A stretch of 64,000 nucleotides of DNA, taken from the NCBI GenBank assembly GCA_016703945.1, contig JADJBC010000041.1, positions 131,558-195,557 of the forward strand. The letters are read 5' to 3'. The DNA is from Candidatus Aalborgicola danicus (lineage in GTDB: Bacteria > Pseudomonadota > Gammaproteobacteria > Burkholderiales > Burkholderiaceae_C). The position numbers and the translations under genes are program-made. This document shows positions 49,302-58,297 of the stretch, in pieces (position 1 is the stretch's first letter; each line of letters begins with the position of its first letter). The notes below the pieces were generated by a model that was not told the origin of the DNA, searched no databases, and saw only the letters and a program-made list of their open reading frames with translations.

Positions 49302-51506
49302 ATGGAACCTACCCCAACCCATCACACGCCGGTGACGCCTAGCACCACAATGCCGGCTGATTTGCCAGGCATGGCAGAGCAAGCGTGGCAGCGTTGGTGG
49401 CCGCAACGCATAGGCTGGCGGCTGGCGCTGGGGTTTGGTGTGCTGGTGGTCTTGATGCTGGTGGCATTGGCGCAAGCGACCTACCAGATCCGCAACATCA
49501 CCGGTGTCACGCAACGCTTTGCGACCGGTGACATGCAACGTTTGCTGAGGGTGCAGGCCTTGTCCATGCAGACCGAAGGGGTTGGCAACGCGTTGATTCG
49601 GCTAATCAATGCCCCACGTGACAGCCGCGTTGCGGAATATGCCGATGTGGACGAACGCAATCGGCGCATCGACGGCGCGATTGAGTCGCTTGTCCAAGAC
49701 ATGCGGGGCTCTGACCAAGAGGAAAACCTTAAGCGTTTGGTCGAATGCCGTGCGGTCTACGCGGCGGCCTTTATTGCTACAGCCGACGAGATTGAGGCTG
49801 ATAACTCTTCGCAAGCCTGGCGTTTGCTCAACGACCGTGTCAATCCCGCATTAAAAACCATGCTGGTGGAATCGAACGCCTTGTTGCAGAGTGAGCGGCA
49901 ACGGATCGAGTCGCAACTGGACGACGCCCAACGCCAATTCGAGCGCGCTGCGCTGTGGGTGGCGGGTCTGTCGCTGCTGGCTGTGGTGTTGGCCACGTGG
50001 CTGGGGGTACGCACCACCCGCAGCGTGGTGGGCCCGCTGGCGCAGCTCGAAGTGGCGGCCCAGCGCATTGCCGAAGGCGACTACAGCAGCCGTGTGTCCA
50101 CCACCCGCACACAAGAGGTTGACCGCGTTGGCCAGGCCCTGAACACCATGACCGACGCCGTGGCGCAACGTGAACGCGACATCGAACACCTAGCCTTCCA
50201 CGACCCGCTGACCGGTTTGCCCAACCGCACGGCGCTGTTCCAGCCCCAGCAAGCCAGCGCAACCGAACCCCATTGCCTGGCGCTGATGGACTTGGCCCGC
50301 CTCAAGGCCATCAACGAAACCTTGGGCTACACCACCGGCGATACGCTGATCCAGCAAACGGCGCAGCGCGCCAGCCTGGCACTGCAGCAGGCTGCGGCCG
50401 ATGGATTGATAGGCCCGGACCCCATCGTGGCGCGCCTGTCCGGTGGCACCTTTGCTGCGATCTTTTCCGCCCCCAACCGGGCGACTGTGGAGGCTCTACG
50501 CGAACGCATCGAGCAAGCCATGGGCGCGCCGGTGCAATGCAGCGGCCATAGTGTGGATTTGAGCTTGACGTATGGCCTGGCGGACTCTGGCGACCGGGCA
50601 CAGGGTAGCAAAGCATTGCCGGTGGACACGCTGCTGCGCAATGCCGAGGTGGCCCTGCACAGCGCCAAGCGGGCGGCCGTGGGCTTTGCCTGGCACAGCG
50701 AGGCGCAAGAGGCGGCGCGTTTGAGCCACCTGAGTCTGCTGTCGGATTTGCGCCAGGCGGTGGCCACCTCCCAATTGCAGATGTGGTTGCAACCCAAGTT
50801 CTCACTGGCCACGGGCAGGGCCGTCGGCACCGAGGCCCTGGTGCGCTGGCAGCACCCGACACGCGGCTTTGTGTCGCCAGCCGAGTTTGTGCCCTTTGCC
50901 GAACAGGCCGGCTACATCACCTTGGTCACCGAATGGATGCTGCAGCAGGCCCTGCGCACGCTGGCCGTCTGGGCACCCACGCACCCCGAGCTGAGCATTG
51001 CGGTCAACGTCAGCACGCGCGATCTGCAACACAAAGGCTTTGCCGAGCGTGTGGCCCGCATGATTGAGGCCAGTGGTGTGCCCGCCAAACGCCTGCGCCT
51101 GGAGATCACCGAGAGTGGCCTGATGGACGACCCCACGCACAGTGTGGCCCTGCTGTACGAGCTGCGCGAGATCGGTACACCGCTGTCGATTGACGACTTC
51201 GGCACCGGCTATTCGTCGTTGGCCTACCTGCAAAAGTTGCCGGTCAGCGAGCTCAAAATTGACCGCAGTTTCGTTGACAAGCTGGACCAGTCTCCTGGCA
51301 CCCAAAAGCTGGTGCGCGCCATGACCGAGATGGGCCATGGCCTGGACTTGATGGTGACGGCCGAAGGTGTGGAGACCGAGGCCGAGCGCGAAACCATCAC
51401 GCGCCTGGGCTGTGATGTGATGCAGGGTTATCTGGCCAGCAAGCCACTGCATGGGGACAAGCTGCAAGCGTGGTTTGATGCGCTGCCGGTGCATGCCGCG
51501 TCCTAG
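49302..51506 (+). CDS. Membrane sensor with HAMP, degenerate GGDEF and EAL domains (c-di-GMP phosphodiesterase type)
   Basis: TM plus helical sensor. HAMP (VGPLAQLEVAAQRIAEGDY). GGDEF position reads RLSGGTF. EAL blocks EALVRW, LEITES, DDFGTGYSSL, KIDRSF and AEGVET are intact. Confidence 0.88.
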   Translation: MEPTPTHHTPVTPSTTMPADLPGMAEQAWQRWWPQRIGWRLALGFGVLVVLMLVALAQATYQIRNITGVTQRFATGDMQRLLRVQALSMQTEGVGNALIRLINAPRDSRVAEYADVDERNRRIDGAIESLVQDMRGSDQEENLKRLVECRAVYAAAFIATADEIEADNSSQAWRLLNDRVNPALKTMLVESNALLQSERQRIESQLDDAQRQFERAALWVAGLSLLAVVLATWLGVRTTRSVVGPLAQLEVAAQRIAEGDYSSRVSTTRTQEVDRVGQALNTMTDAVAQRERDIEHLAFHDPLTGLPNRTALFQPQQASATEPHCLALMDLARLKAINETLGYTTGDTLIQQTAQRASLALQQAAADGLIGPDPIVARLSGGTFAAIFSAPNRATVEALRERIEQAMGAPVQCSGHSVDLSLTYGLADSGDRAQGSKALPVDTLLRNAEVALHSAKRAAVGFAWHSEAQEAARLSHLSLLSDLRQAVATSQLQMWLQPKFSLATGRAVGTEALVRWQHPTRGFVSPAEFVPFAEQAGYITLVTEWMLQQALRTLAVWAPTHPELSIAVNVSTRDLQHKGFAERVARMIEASGVPAKRLRLEITESGLMDDPTHSVALLYELREIGTPLSIDDFGTGYSSLAYLQKLPVSELKIDRSFVDKLDQSPGTQKLVRAMTEMGHGLDLMVTAEGVETEAERETITRLGCDVMQGYLASKPLHGDKLQAWFDALPVHAAS

Positions 51507-51520
51507 CGCATTGCGCTGTC

Positions 51521-51908
51521 TTATTTGCCAATGTCGGTGGGGTCACCCAGCGATGCGTTCAATGCCACTGCTTCTAGTGTGAGACGGCTGGCAGTAGCCG
51601 AATCCACGCTGTCCCCCGCACGCAGTTCAATAGTGGCCATTTCATATTTGCCGCCAGGTTTGAGACGGGGATTCAGGTGACGCAAGCGCTTGCCGCGCCA
51701 GAAACCGAATAACACCCGTTCTTCCTCCCGCACGGATCAGCAGCACCGGGCCGTTGGACAGGTAGACCAGATGGCCCCACTTGATGGCTTCGTCCAGCTT
51801 TGCACCGCTGCGAACGGCCGCGCGCAAGCTCTCAACACACGTGTGTTGCCAGCCGGTCAGTGCGGCGACATAGGCGTCCGGGTTGGTGGCGGGGGTTGAC
51901 TTCTTCAT
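51521..51908 (-). pseudogene. DUF1801 (YdhG-like) protein interrupted by a single-base frameshift near 51727-51730
   Basis: MKKSTPATNPDAYVAALTGW...KWGHLVYLSNGPVLLIRA is in one frame. EEERVLFGFWRGKRLRHLNPRLKPGGKYEMATIEL... is in the next frame. An extra G in a G-run links them. Confidence 0.6.
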
Positions 51909-51937
51909 CCGTGGGAGGTCGCTGGACCCATTAAAAC

Positions 51938-51987
51938 GCTACAAAAAAATAGTAGCTGACTACGCTATATCCACGAGGGCTAGCGGT
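51938..51987 (+). repeat. Family A repeat, copy 8
   Basis: cgctacaaaaaaatagtagctgactacgctatatccacgagggctagcgg. The first hairpin shows a compensatory change (GCTAC/GTAGC instead of GCTAT/ATAGC). Confidence 0.75.
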
Positions 51988-52030
51988 AAGTTTGATCCAA
52001 GACATTGTGCAGAAACCGTGAAGGGGTATT

Positions 52031-52636
52031 TCAGTTCTTGGCGCAATGTTTGCGCCATTGCTCAGGCGTAATACGGTGCAGGATATGCCTTTTGAGCGGC
52101 CAGTCTGTCGGCACGCGCGGGTGGTCAAAGTCGGCCGCCTCGTCGCGCACCATGCCAATGCGCTCCATGACGCTGTGCGATGGCGTGTTGGTGGTTACGG
52201 ACATGGCGACGACCTGCGGCAGCTCCAGGTGTGTGAACGCGAAGGCCAGCGCGGCCGTGGCGCCTTCGGTGGCGTAGCCCTGGTGCCAGGTCGCTGGGGC
52301 GAGGCGCCAGCCGATCTCTACGGCGGGCATCCACGGTGCTTCATAACCGGGCAGGCTCAGGCCCACAAAACCAGAGAATGGATGGACGCCAGGAATCTCC
52401 AGCGCCCACATGCCCCAGCCGCGTTGCGTGATGCTGGCGCGTATGCGGTCAGCCTCGGCCTGTGCTTCTGCGCGGTTCAGCACGGCGGGGAAAAAGCGGC
52501 GGACCTCGGGGTCCGCATTCATCGCCGCCCAGGCGTCGATGTCGCTGTCCTTCCACTGGCGCAGCAATACACGCGGCGTGCGCAATTCGATTGGCGAGGT
52601 AAAGGTGCGCAGCACCAACGTGGGCACACCGTGCAT
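52031..52636 (-). CDS. GNAT-family N-acetyltransferase (RimJ/RimL-like)
   Basis: LRTPRVLLRQWKDSD...VEIGWRLAPATWHQGYATEGATAAL...NTPSHSVMERIGM. Confidence 0.85.
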   Translation of the reverse strand: MHGVPTLVLRTFTSPIELRTPRVLLRQWKDSDIDAWAAMNADPEVRRFFPAVLNRAEAQAEADRIRASITQRGWGMWALEIPGVHPFSGFVGLSLPGYEAPWMPAVEIGWRLAPATWHQGYATEGATAALAFAFTHLELPQVVAMSVTTNTPSHSVMERIGMVRDEAADFDHPRVPTDWPLKRHILHRITPEQWRKHCAKN

Positions 52637-53244
52637 TACTTGAGCAGCCCTTCCGCTTTCATAGCGGCCACCACGGCAGGACGCGCCGCCACACGGGCGC
52701 GGTAGGCGACGATGTTGGCGTACGGTGACAAATCCAGCCCCACGTACTGCGCCCAGTTGGTAACGGTAAACAGGTAGCCGTCAGCCACCGTGAAGCTGTC
52801 ACCCATCAGGTATTGTTTGTCTGCCAGTTCGCCGTCCACCCAATTCAGGCGTCCTTGCAGTTTGGTGATGGCAGCTGCCTTGGTCTCGGCGGGAGTGGCG
52901 GGGTCAAACAGCGGCGAGAAGCTTCGGTGCAGCTCGGTGCCGATAAAGGTCAACCATTCCTGCAGCTTGTAGCGCGCATAAGTTCCGTTGACGGGTGCCA
53001 GGTTTTTGGCCGGCACCTGGTCTGCAATGTATTGCACGATGGCCGGGCCTTCGTGCAGAGATCGGCCGTCGTCCAGCGTCAGGTAAGGCACGTAGCCCAG
53101 CGGGTTGATGGTGTAGTAGTCAGTGCCGTCGGGCAGCTTGTGCGTTTTGGTGGGTGCGGGGATGGCTTCAAAGGCCAGGCCAGCCTCGTGCAGAGCGATG
53201 TGGGGAGACAGGGAGCATGCGCCGGGGGAGTAATACAGCTTCAT
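52636..53244 (-). CDS. Glutathione S-transferase
   Basis: MKLYYSPGACSLSPHIALHEAGL...INPLGYVPYL...GDSFTVADGYLFTV. The 5' extension of tracked ORF 52636..53517 reads through repeat DNA and was rejected. Confidence 0.9.
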   Translation of the reverse strand: MKLYYSPGACSLSPHIALHEAGLAFEAIPAPTKTHKLPDGTDYYTINPLGYVPYLTLDDGRSLHEGPAIVQYIADQVPAKNLAPVNGTYARYKLQEWLTFIGTELHRSFSPLFDPATPAETKAAAITKLQGRLNWVDGELADKQYLMGDSFTVADGYLFTVTNWAQYVGLDLSPYANIVAYRARVAARPAVVAAMKAEGLLK

Positions 53245-53331
53245 GGGATTCCTTGCTTCTTTTTGACAAATGAATGAGAGGCAGATACTACCTCTCGCAT
53301 TGCTTTTGCGCTGCGTTTGGGTTATAGGCCC

Positions 53332-53426
53332 GCAGCAGGTATGGGGTGGCTGTTCTGCTCCGTGTCCCCCGCCCGCTGCGGGCTCCTCCTTGACCTGCGC
53401 AGAACAGCCACCCCATGCCTGCTGCT
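53332..53426 (+). repeat. Family B nested palindrome, copy a (core forward)
   Basis: Outer arms GCAGCAGGTATGGGGTGGCTGTTCTGC / GCAGAACAGCCACCCCATGCCTGCTGC (26 of 27 complementary) flank the core TCCGTGTCCCCCGC-[ccgctgcgg]-GCTCCTCCTTGACCTGC. Confidence 0.8.
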
Positions 53427-53530
53427 CGAACCTTTGCTCGCAGCAGTTGGTCGTCGAAATCGCCTTGGTCGGTGGAGCGAGATGACGGACTTCTGTCTTC
53501 AGATCAGTACAAACCAAGCCCCGCTGTATT

Positions 53531-53619
53531 CATCGGGTAGTGGGTTTTGCGCAGGTCAAGGAGGAGCAGAGGGCTTCGGCCCTCTGCGGGGGACACGGAG
53601 CAAAACCCGCTACCCGATG
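53531..53619 (-). repeat. Family B nested palindrome, copy b (core reverse)
   Basis: Outer arms CATCGGGTAGTGGGTTTTGC / GCAAAACCCGCTACCCGATG. The reverse complement carries the same core TTTTGCTCCGTGTCCCCCGC-[agagggccgaagccctct]-GCTCCTCCTTGACCTGCGCAAAA. Confidence 0.8.
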
Positions 53620-53682
53620 GATACGAACGTCACGTTGGCACTCACCCCCGGCCTGCCGCTCGACAGCTCGGGGCTTCCCCTT

Positions 53683-55302
53683 TTAGGCCAAAGCCACTTC
53701 CTTGCCGGTCAGGCGTTTGGCCAATCCCTGTGCCAGCCGATTCACATTGCCATAGATGGACAACTGCGGGTTGGCGCCAATGCTGGTGGGGAAGATCGAG
53801 CCATCGTGGATGGACAGATTCTCCAGTTGCCAGTGCACACCGTCGGGGCGGGTGACACCGCGTTTGTCGTCCGCAGACAGACCGCAACCGCCCATCACGT
53901 GGGCGCTGCCGATTTTGGTCAGCAACGGCTTCATCGGCAGAGCATTGATGGCGGCCTTGGTGTCGGCCCAATTCGTCGTGCCCGTGCCCATTTCATGGCC
54001 GGGGTAAACCGTTTTGGCACCGGCTTCGAACTGGATTTCGGCCATGGCCAGCATGGAACGGCGGGCGCCTTCCATCAGGTAGTCGGTCAGCGGGTAGTCC
54101 AGCAAGGGTGAGCCGTTGCCGCGCAACTCGACCTTGCCACCGACCGCTTGGTCATGGAAGCCGTCGCGCATCAGTGCCAGCATGACGTTGGCATGGGGGT
54201 ATTGGCGGAACAGCTGGGCTTGTTTCTCGCCAAAGCCGGGCAGGTTGGCGCCAAAAAATACCGGGTGCAGCGGTGCGACTTCGAGCTTGAAGCCAATCGG
54301 TCCGTCGATCGCCTGGGTATTCAGGAAATGGTCCGAGTAAATGGATTGAGGTGCACCGTCCCACGCGGACACATTGTTGGCCATGATGGCCGTAGTGATG
54401 GCCACCGGGTGCAAAAAGGTGCGGGTGCCCAGGCGTTTGTGCGGGTCAGGGGCGCCCGAGCGCATCAGCAGGGCCGGCGAGTTGATCGATCCACCGGCCA
54501 GTACATAATGTTTTGCTATGATTTGTGTAGGTGGCCCCGCAGTTTTTACGGGGGCTGCATTGGGTTTTACTGCTATACAACTGAGGCTCTGGATGCGTCC
54601 GTTGCTGATTTCGAACTTCTCGGCCCGGGTCTCCACCAACAGGGTGGCGCCGCCGTCCAGCGCAAACGGAATGGTGGTGACCAGCATGGACTGTTTCGCG
54701 TTGGTCGGGCAGCCCATGCCGCAGGAACCCAGGTTGTAACAACCCTTGACGTTGCGCGGAATCACCTCGGCCTTGATACCCAGCTTGGCGGCACCCCGGC
54801 GCAGCAACTCGTTGTTTTCGTTGGGTGGGGTTTGCCAGGGCGCGATATTCAGGCGCTGTTCGGCTTGCTGGAAAAACGGTGCCAGGGCATCGGGGTTGTA
54901 GTCGGTTAGGCCAAATTGTTCTTGCCAGAATTTGAGCGTGGCAGCCGGGGTGCGAAACGAGCTGGTCCAGTTGACGGTGGTGGTGCCGCCCACGCTGCGC
55001 CCTTGCAGGATGGTGATGCCTTTGTCCTTGGTTTGGCGGCCAGCGGCCTCCTGGTACAGCGATGCATAGGCTTCGGGTTCGCGCTGTTTGAAGTCGCTGC
55101 TGCTTTTGAGCTGGCCTTCTTCGATGATGACAACCTTGAGGCCGGCCTTGGTCAACAGCTCGGCGGTGATGCCGGCCCCCGCGCCTGAGCCGATGATGGC
55201 CACGTCACAGGTGATGCTGGTCGGGAGCGCCGCGTGTGCGCCGCCCAATACTTTCCAACCGCGGGCGAGTCCCTCTTTGATGGGGTCCGTTAAGCTGCTC
55301 AT
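53683..55302 (-). CDS. GMC-family FAD-dependent oxidoreductase
   Basis: DVAIIGSGAGAGITAELL (FAD GxGxxG). C-terminal GMC blocks (HVMGGCGL...). 539 aa. Confidence 0.9.
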   Translation of the reverse strand: MSSLTDPIKEGLARGWKVLGGAHAALPTSITCDVAIIGSGAGAGITAELLTKAGLKVVIIEEGQLKSSSDFKQREPEAYASLYQEAAGRQTKDKGITILQGRSVGGTTTVNWTSSFRTPAATLKFWQEQFGLTDYNPDALAPFFQQAEQRLNIAPWQTPPNENNELLRRGAAKLGIKAEVIPRNVKGCYNLGSCGMGCPTNAKQSMLVTTIPFALDGGATLLVETRAEKFEISNGRIQSLSCIAVKPNAAPVKTAGPPTQIIAKHYVLAGGSINSPALLMRSGAPDPHKRLGTRTFLHPVAITTAIMANNVSAWDGAPQSIYSDHFLNTQAIDGPIGFKLEVAPLHPVFFGANLPGFGEKQAQLFRQYPHANVMLALMRDGFHDQAVGGKVELRGNGSPLLDYPLTDYLMEGARRSMLAMAEIQFEAGAKTVYPGHEMGTGTTNWADTKAAINALPMKPLLTKIGSAHVMGGCGLSADDKRGVTRPDGVHWQLENLSIHDGSIFPTSIGANPQLSIYGNVNRLAQGLAKRLTGKEVALA

Positions 55303-55317
55303 GGGTGTTTTTTCCGA

Positions 55318-55848
55318 TCAGAGGGTCTTGGGGCCGGGGTAGCCCAGCACGGCCCAGGATTCCTGGCCGGAGAAATACGAAGCACACACGATATCGTGCA
55401 GGCCCTGGTAGGCCTGTACCCGCAGGGACACGCTGGAGGAGCGCATGGCCTGGAACGCCTCGGTAATGTCAGCCACGCTGGCGTCCGCCCAGCCACTCGA
55501 CAAACCTACAACGCCGCGCCGCCCGGCTACGGTGCCCAACAGACCCAACAGCATGGACAACTCGGCCTGCACATGGTCGGGTGTGCCGCTGAGGAAGGTG
55601 TCGATGCGGTCGAGCAGGGAGTTGATGGCAATCTGGTTCGGCCCGGCCTCCGCTGGCAGGGTACCCGCCAGAATGGTCTGGCCCGCGCGGGAAAAGATCA
55701 GGCGGGAGCCTTCGGTGAGTTTGCCGTTTTGCAGGCCGGGTTGCATCAGCGCAACGGCGCCGCCCGCCACGGCCAGTACCACAGCCGAGGCAACGCCCAG
55801 TTTGAGAAAGGTTCTTCGTTGAAGATGCGGGGGTCCGTAGTGGCTCAT
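55318..55848 (-). CDS. Tat-signal small subunit associated with the GMC oxidoreductase
   Basis: The twin-arginine motif LQRRTFLKLGVASAVV follows the ATG at 55848. Its position directly upstream of the flavoprotein parallels gluconate-2-dehydrogenase-type three-gene systems. Confidence 0.65.
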   Translation of the reverse strand: MSHYGPPHLQRRTFLKLGVASAVVLAVAGGAVALMQPGLQNGKLTEGSRLIFSRAGQTILAGTLPAEAGPNQIAINSLLDRIDTFLSGTPDHVQAELSMLLGLLGTVAGRRGVVGLSSGWADASVADITEAFQAMRSSSVSLRVQAYQGLHDIVCASYFSGQESWAVLGYPGPKTL

Positions 55849-55864
55849 CGGGAGTCCTTGTTGG

Positions 55865-55944
55865 TCAGTTGGGGACAGAGCTGAAGGGCTGTCCCGCAAG
55901 CTTTTTAATCAGTTGAGGACAGAGCTAAAGATCTGTCCCGCAAG
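55865..55944. repeat. Tandem duplicated hairpin (2 x ~36 bp, 44-bp period) between the ALDH and Tat-subunit genes
   Basis: tcagttggggacagagctgaagggctgtcccgcaag and tcagttgaggacagagctaaagatctgtcccgcaag. Each contains GGACAG-n10-CTGTCC. Confidence 0.8.
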
Positions 55945-55948
55945 GTAG

Positions 55949-57391
55949 TTACTTTGTCAAAAAGTCGAGGTATTTGGTGGCGAACTTGCCATAGGGCGGG
56001 TACATGAATTTCACGGCGCTGAAGGGCGCCTGGTAGAACACCGGCCGCATTTTGGAGAAGGTCAGGAACCCCTCGTAGCCGTGGTAGTGGCCCATGCCGC
56101 TGTCGCCCACGCCGCCAAACGGCATGTCGTGTTGTGCGGTGTGCAGGATGCCGTCGTTCACCGTGACACCGCCGGACATCACATGGGTGATCAGGTGGTG
56201 TACCTGTTTCTTCTTGTTGCTGAAAGGGTAGAGCGCCAGCGGGCGCGGACCATTGTTGATGATCGTGATGGTGTCTTCAATGTTGGTGTAGCCAATCACC
56301 GGCAGGATGGGGCCAAAAATCTCGCGGGTGCGCAGCTCGCAGTCGGCCGGTGCGTTCAACACCACGTGGGGGGCGATCTTGCGGGTCTTTTTGTCCCAGG
56401 CTTTACCGGGAATCAGTTGTACCAGGGTGGCGCCGCGTTCCTTGGCGTCTTGCAGTGCGTTGGTGATGCGGTTGAAGGCGCGGTCATCAATAATGGAGGT
56501 GTAGTCGGGTGTGTCCAGGGTGGGGTAGCGTGCCGTGACAATCTCTTTGGCCATCTCGACAAAACCCGCCACCTTGGCCTCGGGAACGAACAGGTGGTCC
56601 ACCGTGGTGCAGACCTGGCCAGCGTTGAAACACTTGCCAAACAGCAGACGCTCGGCGGCCAGCCGCATCGGGAAGTCGTCGAACAGGACTGCAGGTGACT
56701 TGCCGCCCAGTTCCAGCGTGACCGGGCACAGGTTGCTGGCGGCGGCGGCCATCACCGAGCGGCCGGTGGTGCCCGAGCCGGTGAAGATGAGGTGGTCGAA
56801 CTTCAGCTTGGAAAACTCCACACCGACGCCGCCGGTTTCGTCAAAAAAAGCCAGTTTTTCGCGCGGGAAGTAGTCGGGAATTTTTTCCAGCAACAAGGCT
56901 GCGATGTGGCGCGAGTTTTCCGACATCTTGACCATGGAGCGGTTGCCGGCGGCAAAGGTGCAGATCAGGCCGTTGAAACTGGTCCAGATCGGAAAGTTCC
57001 ACGGAATGATGGCGCCCACCACACCCAGAGGTTGTGGGATGACGCGGTTGGATGCGCCAAAGAAACTCTTCAAATCGATATGCCGGTTTTGGGGTTTCAT
57101 CCACAGCTTGAGGTGTTTGAGCGTGTGGCTGACGCCGTCGATGATGCTGAAAATTTCGGCAAACAGGGATTCGTGCCGTGAGCGGTTGCCATAGTCCTTG
57201 TTGATGGCGTCGACGATGGCGTCGCGGTTGTCAATGACAAAGGCCTTGAGTTTGAGCAGGTCGGCCTTGCGCTCAGCAAAGCTGGGGTAGGGGTGCGCCA
57301 TAAAGGCATCGCGCTGGAGTTTGAGGGTGTCTTCCAATTCGATGCGCACGGTATCGATGGGGGTGACAGCGTGGAGAGGGCTTGCAGCCAT
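55949..57391 (-). CDS. NAD(P)-dependent aldehyde dehydrogenase (coniferyl-aldehyde-DH-like subfamily)
   Basis: ELGGKSP, GQVCTTVDH (catalytic Cys), PFGGVGDSGMG. 480 aa. Confidence 0.92.
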   Translation of the reverse strand: MAASPLHAVTPIDTVRIELEDTLKLQRDAFMAHPYPSFAERKADLLKLKAFVIDNRDAIVDAINKDYGNRSRHESLFAEIFSIIDGVSHTLKHLKLWMKPQNRHIDLKSFFGASNRVIPQPLGVVGAIIPWNFPIWTSFNGLICTFAAGNRSMVKMSENSRHIAALLLEKIPDYFPREKLAFFDETGGVGVEFSKLKFDHLIFTGSGTTGRSVMAAAASNLCPVTLELGGKSPAVLFDDFPMRLAAERLLFGKCFNAGQVCTTVDHLFVPEAKVAGFVEMAKEIVTARYPTLDTPDYTSIIDDRAFNRITNALQDAKERGATLVQLIPGKAWDKKTRKIAPHVVLNAPADCELRTREIFGPILPVIGYTNIEDTITIINNGPRPLALYPFSNKKKQVHHLITHVMSGGVTVNDGILHTAQHDMPFGGVGDSGMGHYHGYEGFLTFSKMRPVFYQAPFSAVKFMYPPYGKFATKYLDFLTK

Positions 57392-57465
57392 GGGATTACC
57401 TCAGTAAGAAGAAACAGTTGGGACGGATCGCAGTAGCGAAGATCGGGTGATGGGTCAGTGAATCC

Positions 57466-58224
57466 TCAGGTCTTGTAGCCGGGGTCCAGCCGGTCGGCTT
57501 TGCGCAGCAGAGCGGGCCAGGCAAAGGCACCGCCCAGGCCGCCGGTCTGCACCCGCATGGCCTCGGCCACACCTTTGACGATCAGCGGGTTGACCTGGGT
57601 GAGTTGACCACCACCGGCCTGGGCACTGATCTGGATCTGGCAGGTGGACTCAAATGTGTACATGGACAGAAAGGCGTCGGCGATGGTCTTGCCCACGGTC
57701 AGCAGGCCGTGGTTGCGCAGCATCAGGAAGTTGGCATGGCCCAGGTCGGCTTGCAGGCGGGGCTTCTCTTCGTCGCGGAAGGCTACGCCTTCGTACGCGT
57801 GGTAGGCCAGCGAGCCCAGCACAAAGGTAGATTGCTGGCTGATGGGTAACACGCCATCTTTTTGTGCGCTGACGGCGACTCCGGCGCGGGTGTGGGTGTG
57901 CATGACACAGCCGGCATCTTCGCGCACCTCGTGCACGGCGCTGTGGATCACAAAACCGGCCGGGTTGACCGGGAAAGGCGAGTCGATCAGCTTGTTGCAT
58001 TGCTGGTCCACCTTGACCAGGCTGCTGGCTGTGATCTCGTCGAACATCAGCCCATAGGGGTTGATCAGGAAGTGGTGCTCCGGCCCGGGGATGCGTGCGC
58101 TGATGTGGGTGAACACCAGGTCGCTCCAGCCATAAGCGGCCACCAGGCGGTAACAGGCGGCCAGGTCGACGCGCAACTGCCATTCTTCGGGGCTGACTTG
58201 ATTTTGAATCGAAGGAATGTTCAT
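57466..58224 (-). CDS. Class II aldolase/adducin-family protein
   Basis: FTHISARIP...HSAVHEVREDAGCVMHTHT...LRNHGLLTVG. Confidence 0.88.
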   Translation of the reverse strand: MNIPSIQNQVSPEEWQLRVDLAACYRLVAAYGWSDLVFTHISARIPGPEHHFLINPYGLMFDEITASSLVKVDQQCNKLIDSPFPVNPAGFVIHSAVHEVREDAGCVMHTHTRAGVAVSAQKDGVLPISQQSTFVLGSLAYHAYEGVAFRDEEKPRLQADLGHANFLMLRNHGLLTVGKTIADAFLSMYTFESTCQIQISAQAGGGQLTQVNPLIVKGVAEAMRVQTGGLGGAFAWPALLRKADRLDPGYKT

Positions 58225-58273
58225 GGGAGCGCGATCCTTGGGGTACGGTCTGCCACGTTAACCCGCTGCTCGC

Positions 58274-58297
58274 TGTAAGACTGTTAAAAATCTTACA
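58274..58297. promoter_or_regulatory. Candidate operator: TGTAAGA-n10-TCTTACA
   Basis: Perfect 7-bp inverted repeat in the 101-bp divergent spacer between the aldolase and Crp-family genes. Confidence 0.3.

Noticed and set aside
53245-53517. N-terminal extensions of ORFs that read through repeat DNA: 52636..53517, 60597..61400, and 61378..61620 of the mnmG ORF.
   Set aside because: The extensions translate family B palindromes (for example CSVSPARCG..., RGTRSKT...). The real proteins start at internal ATGs with full-length family collinearity.
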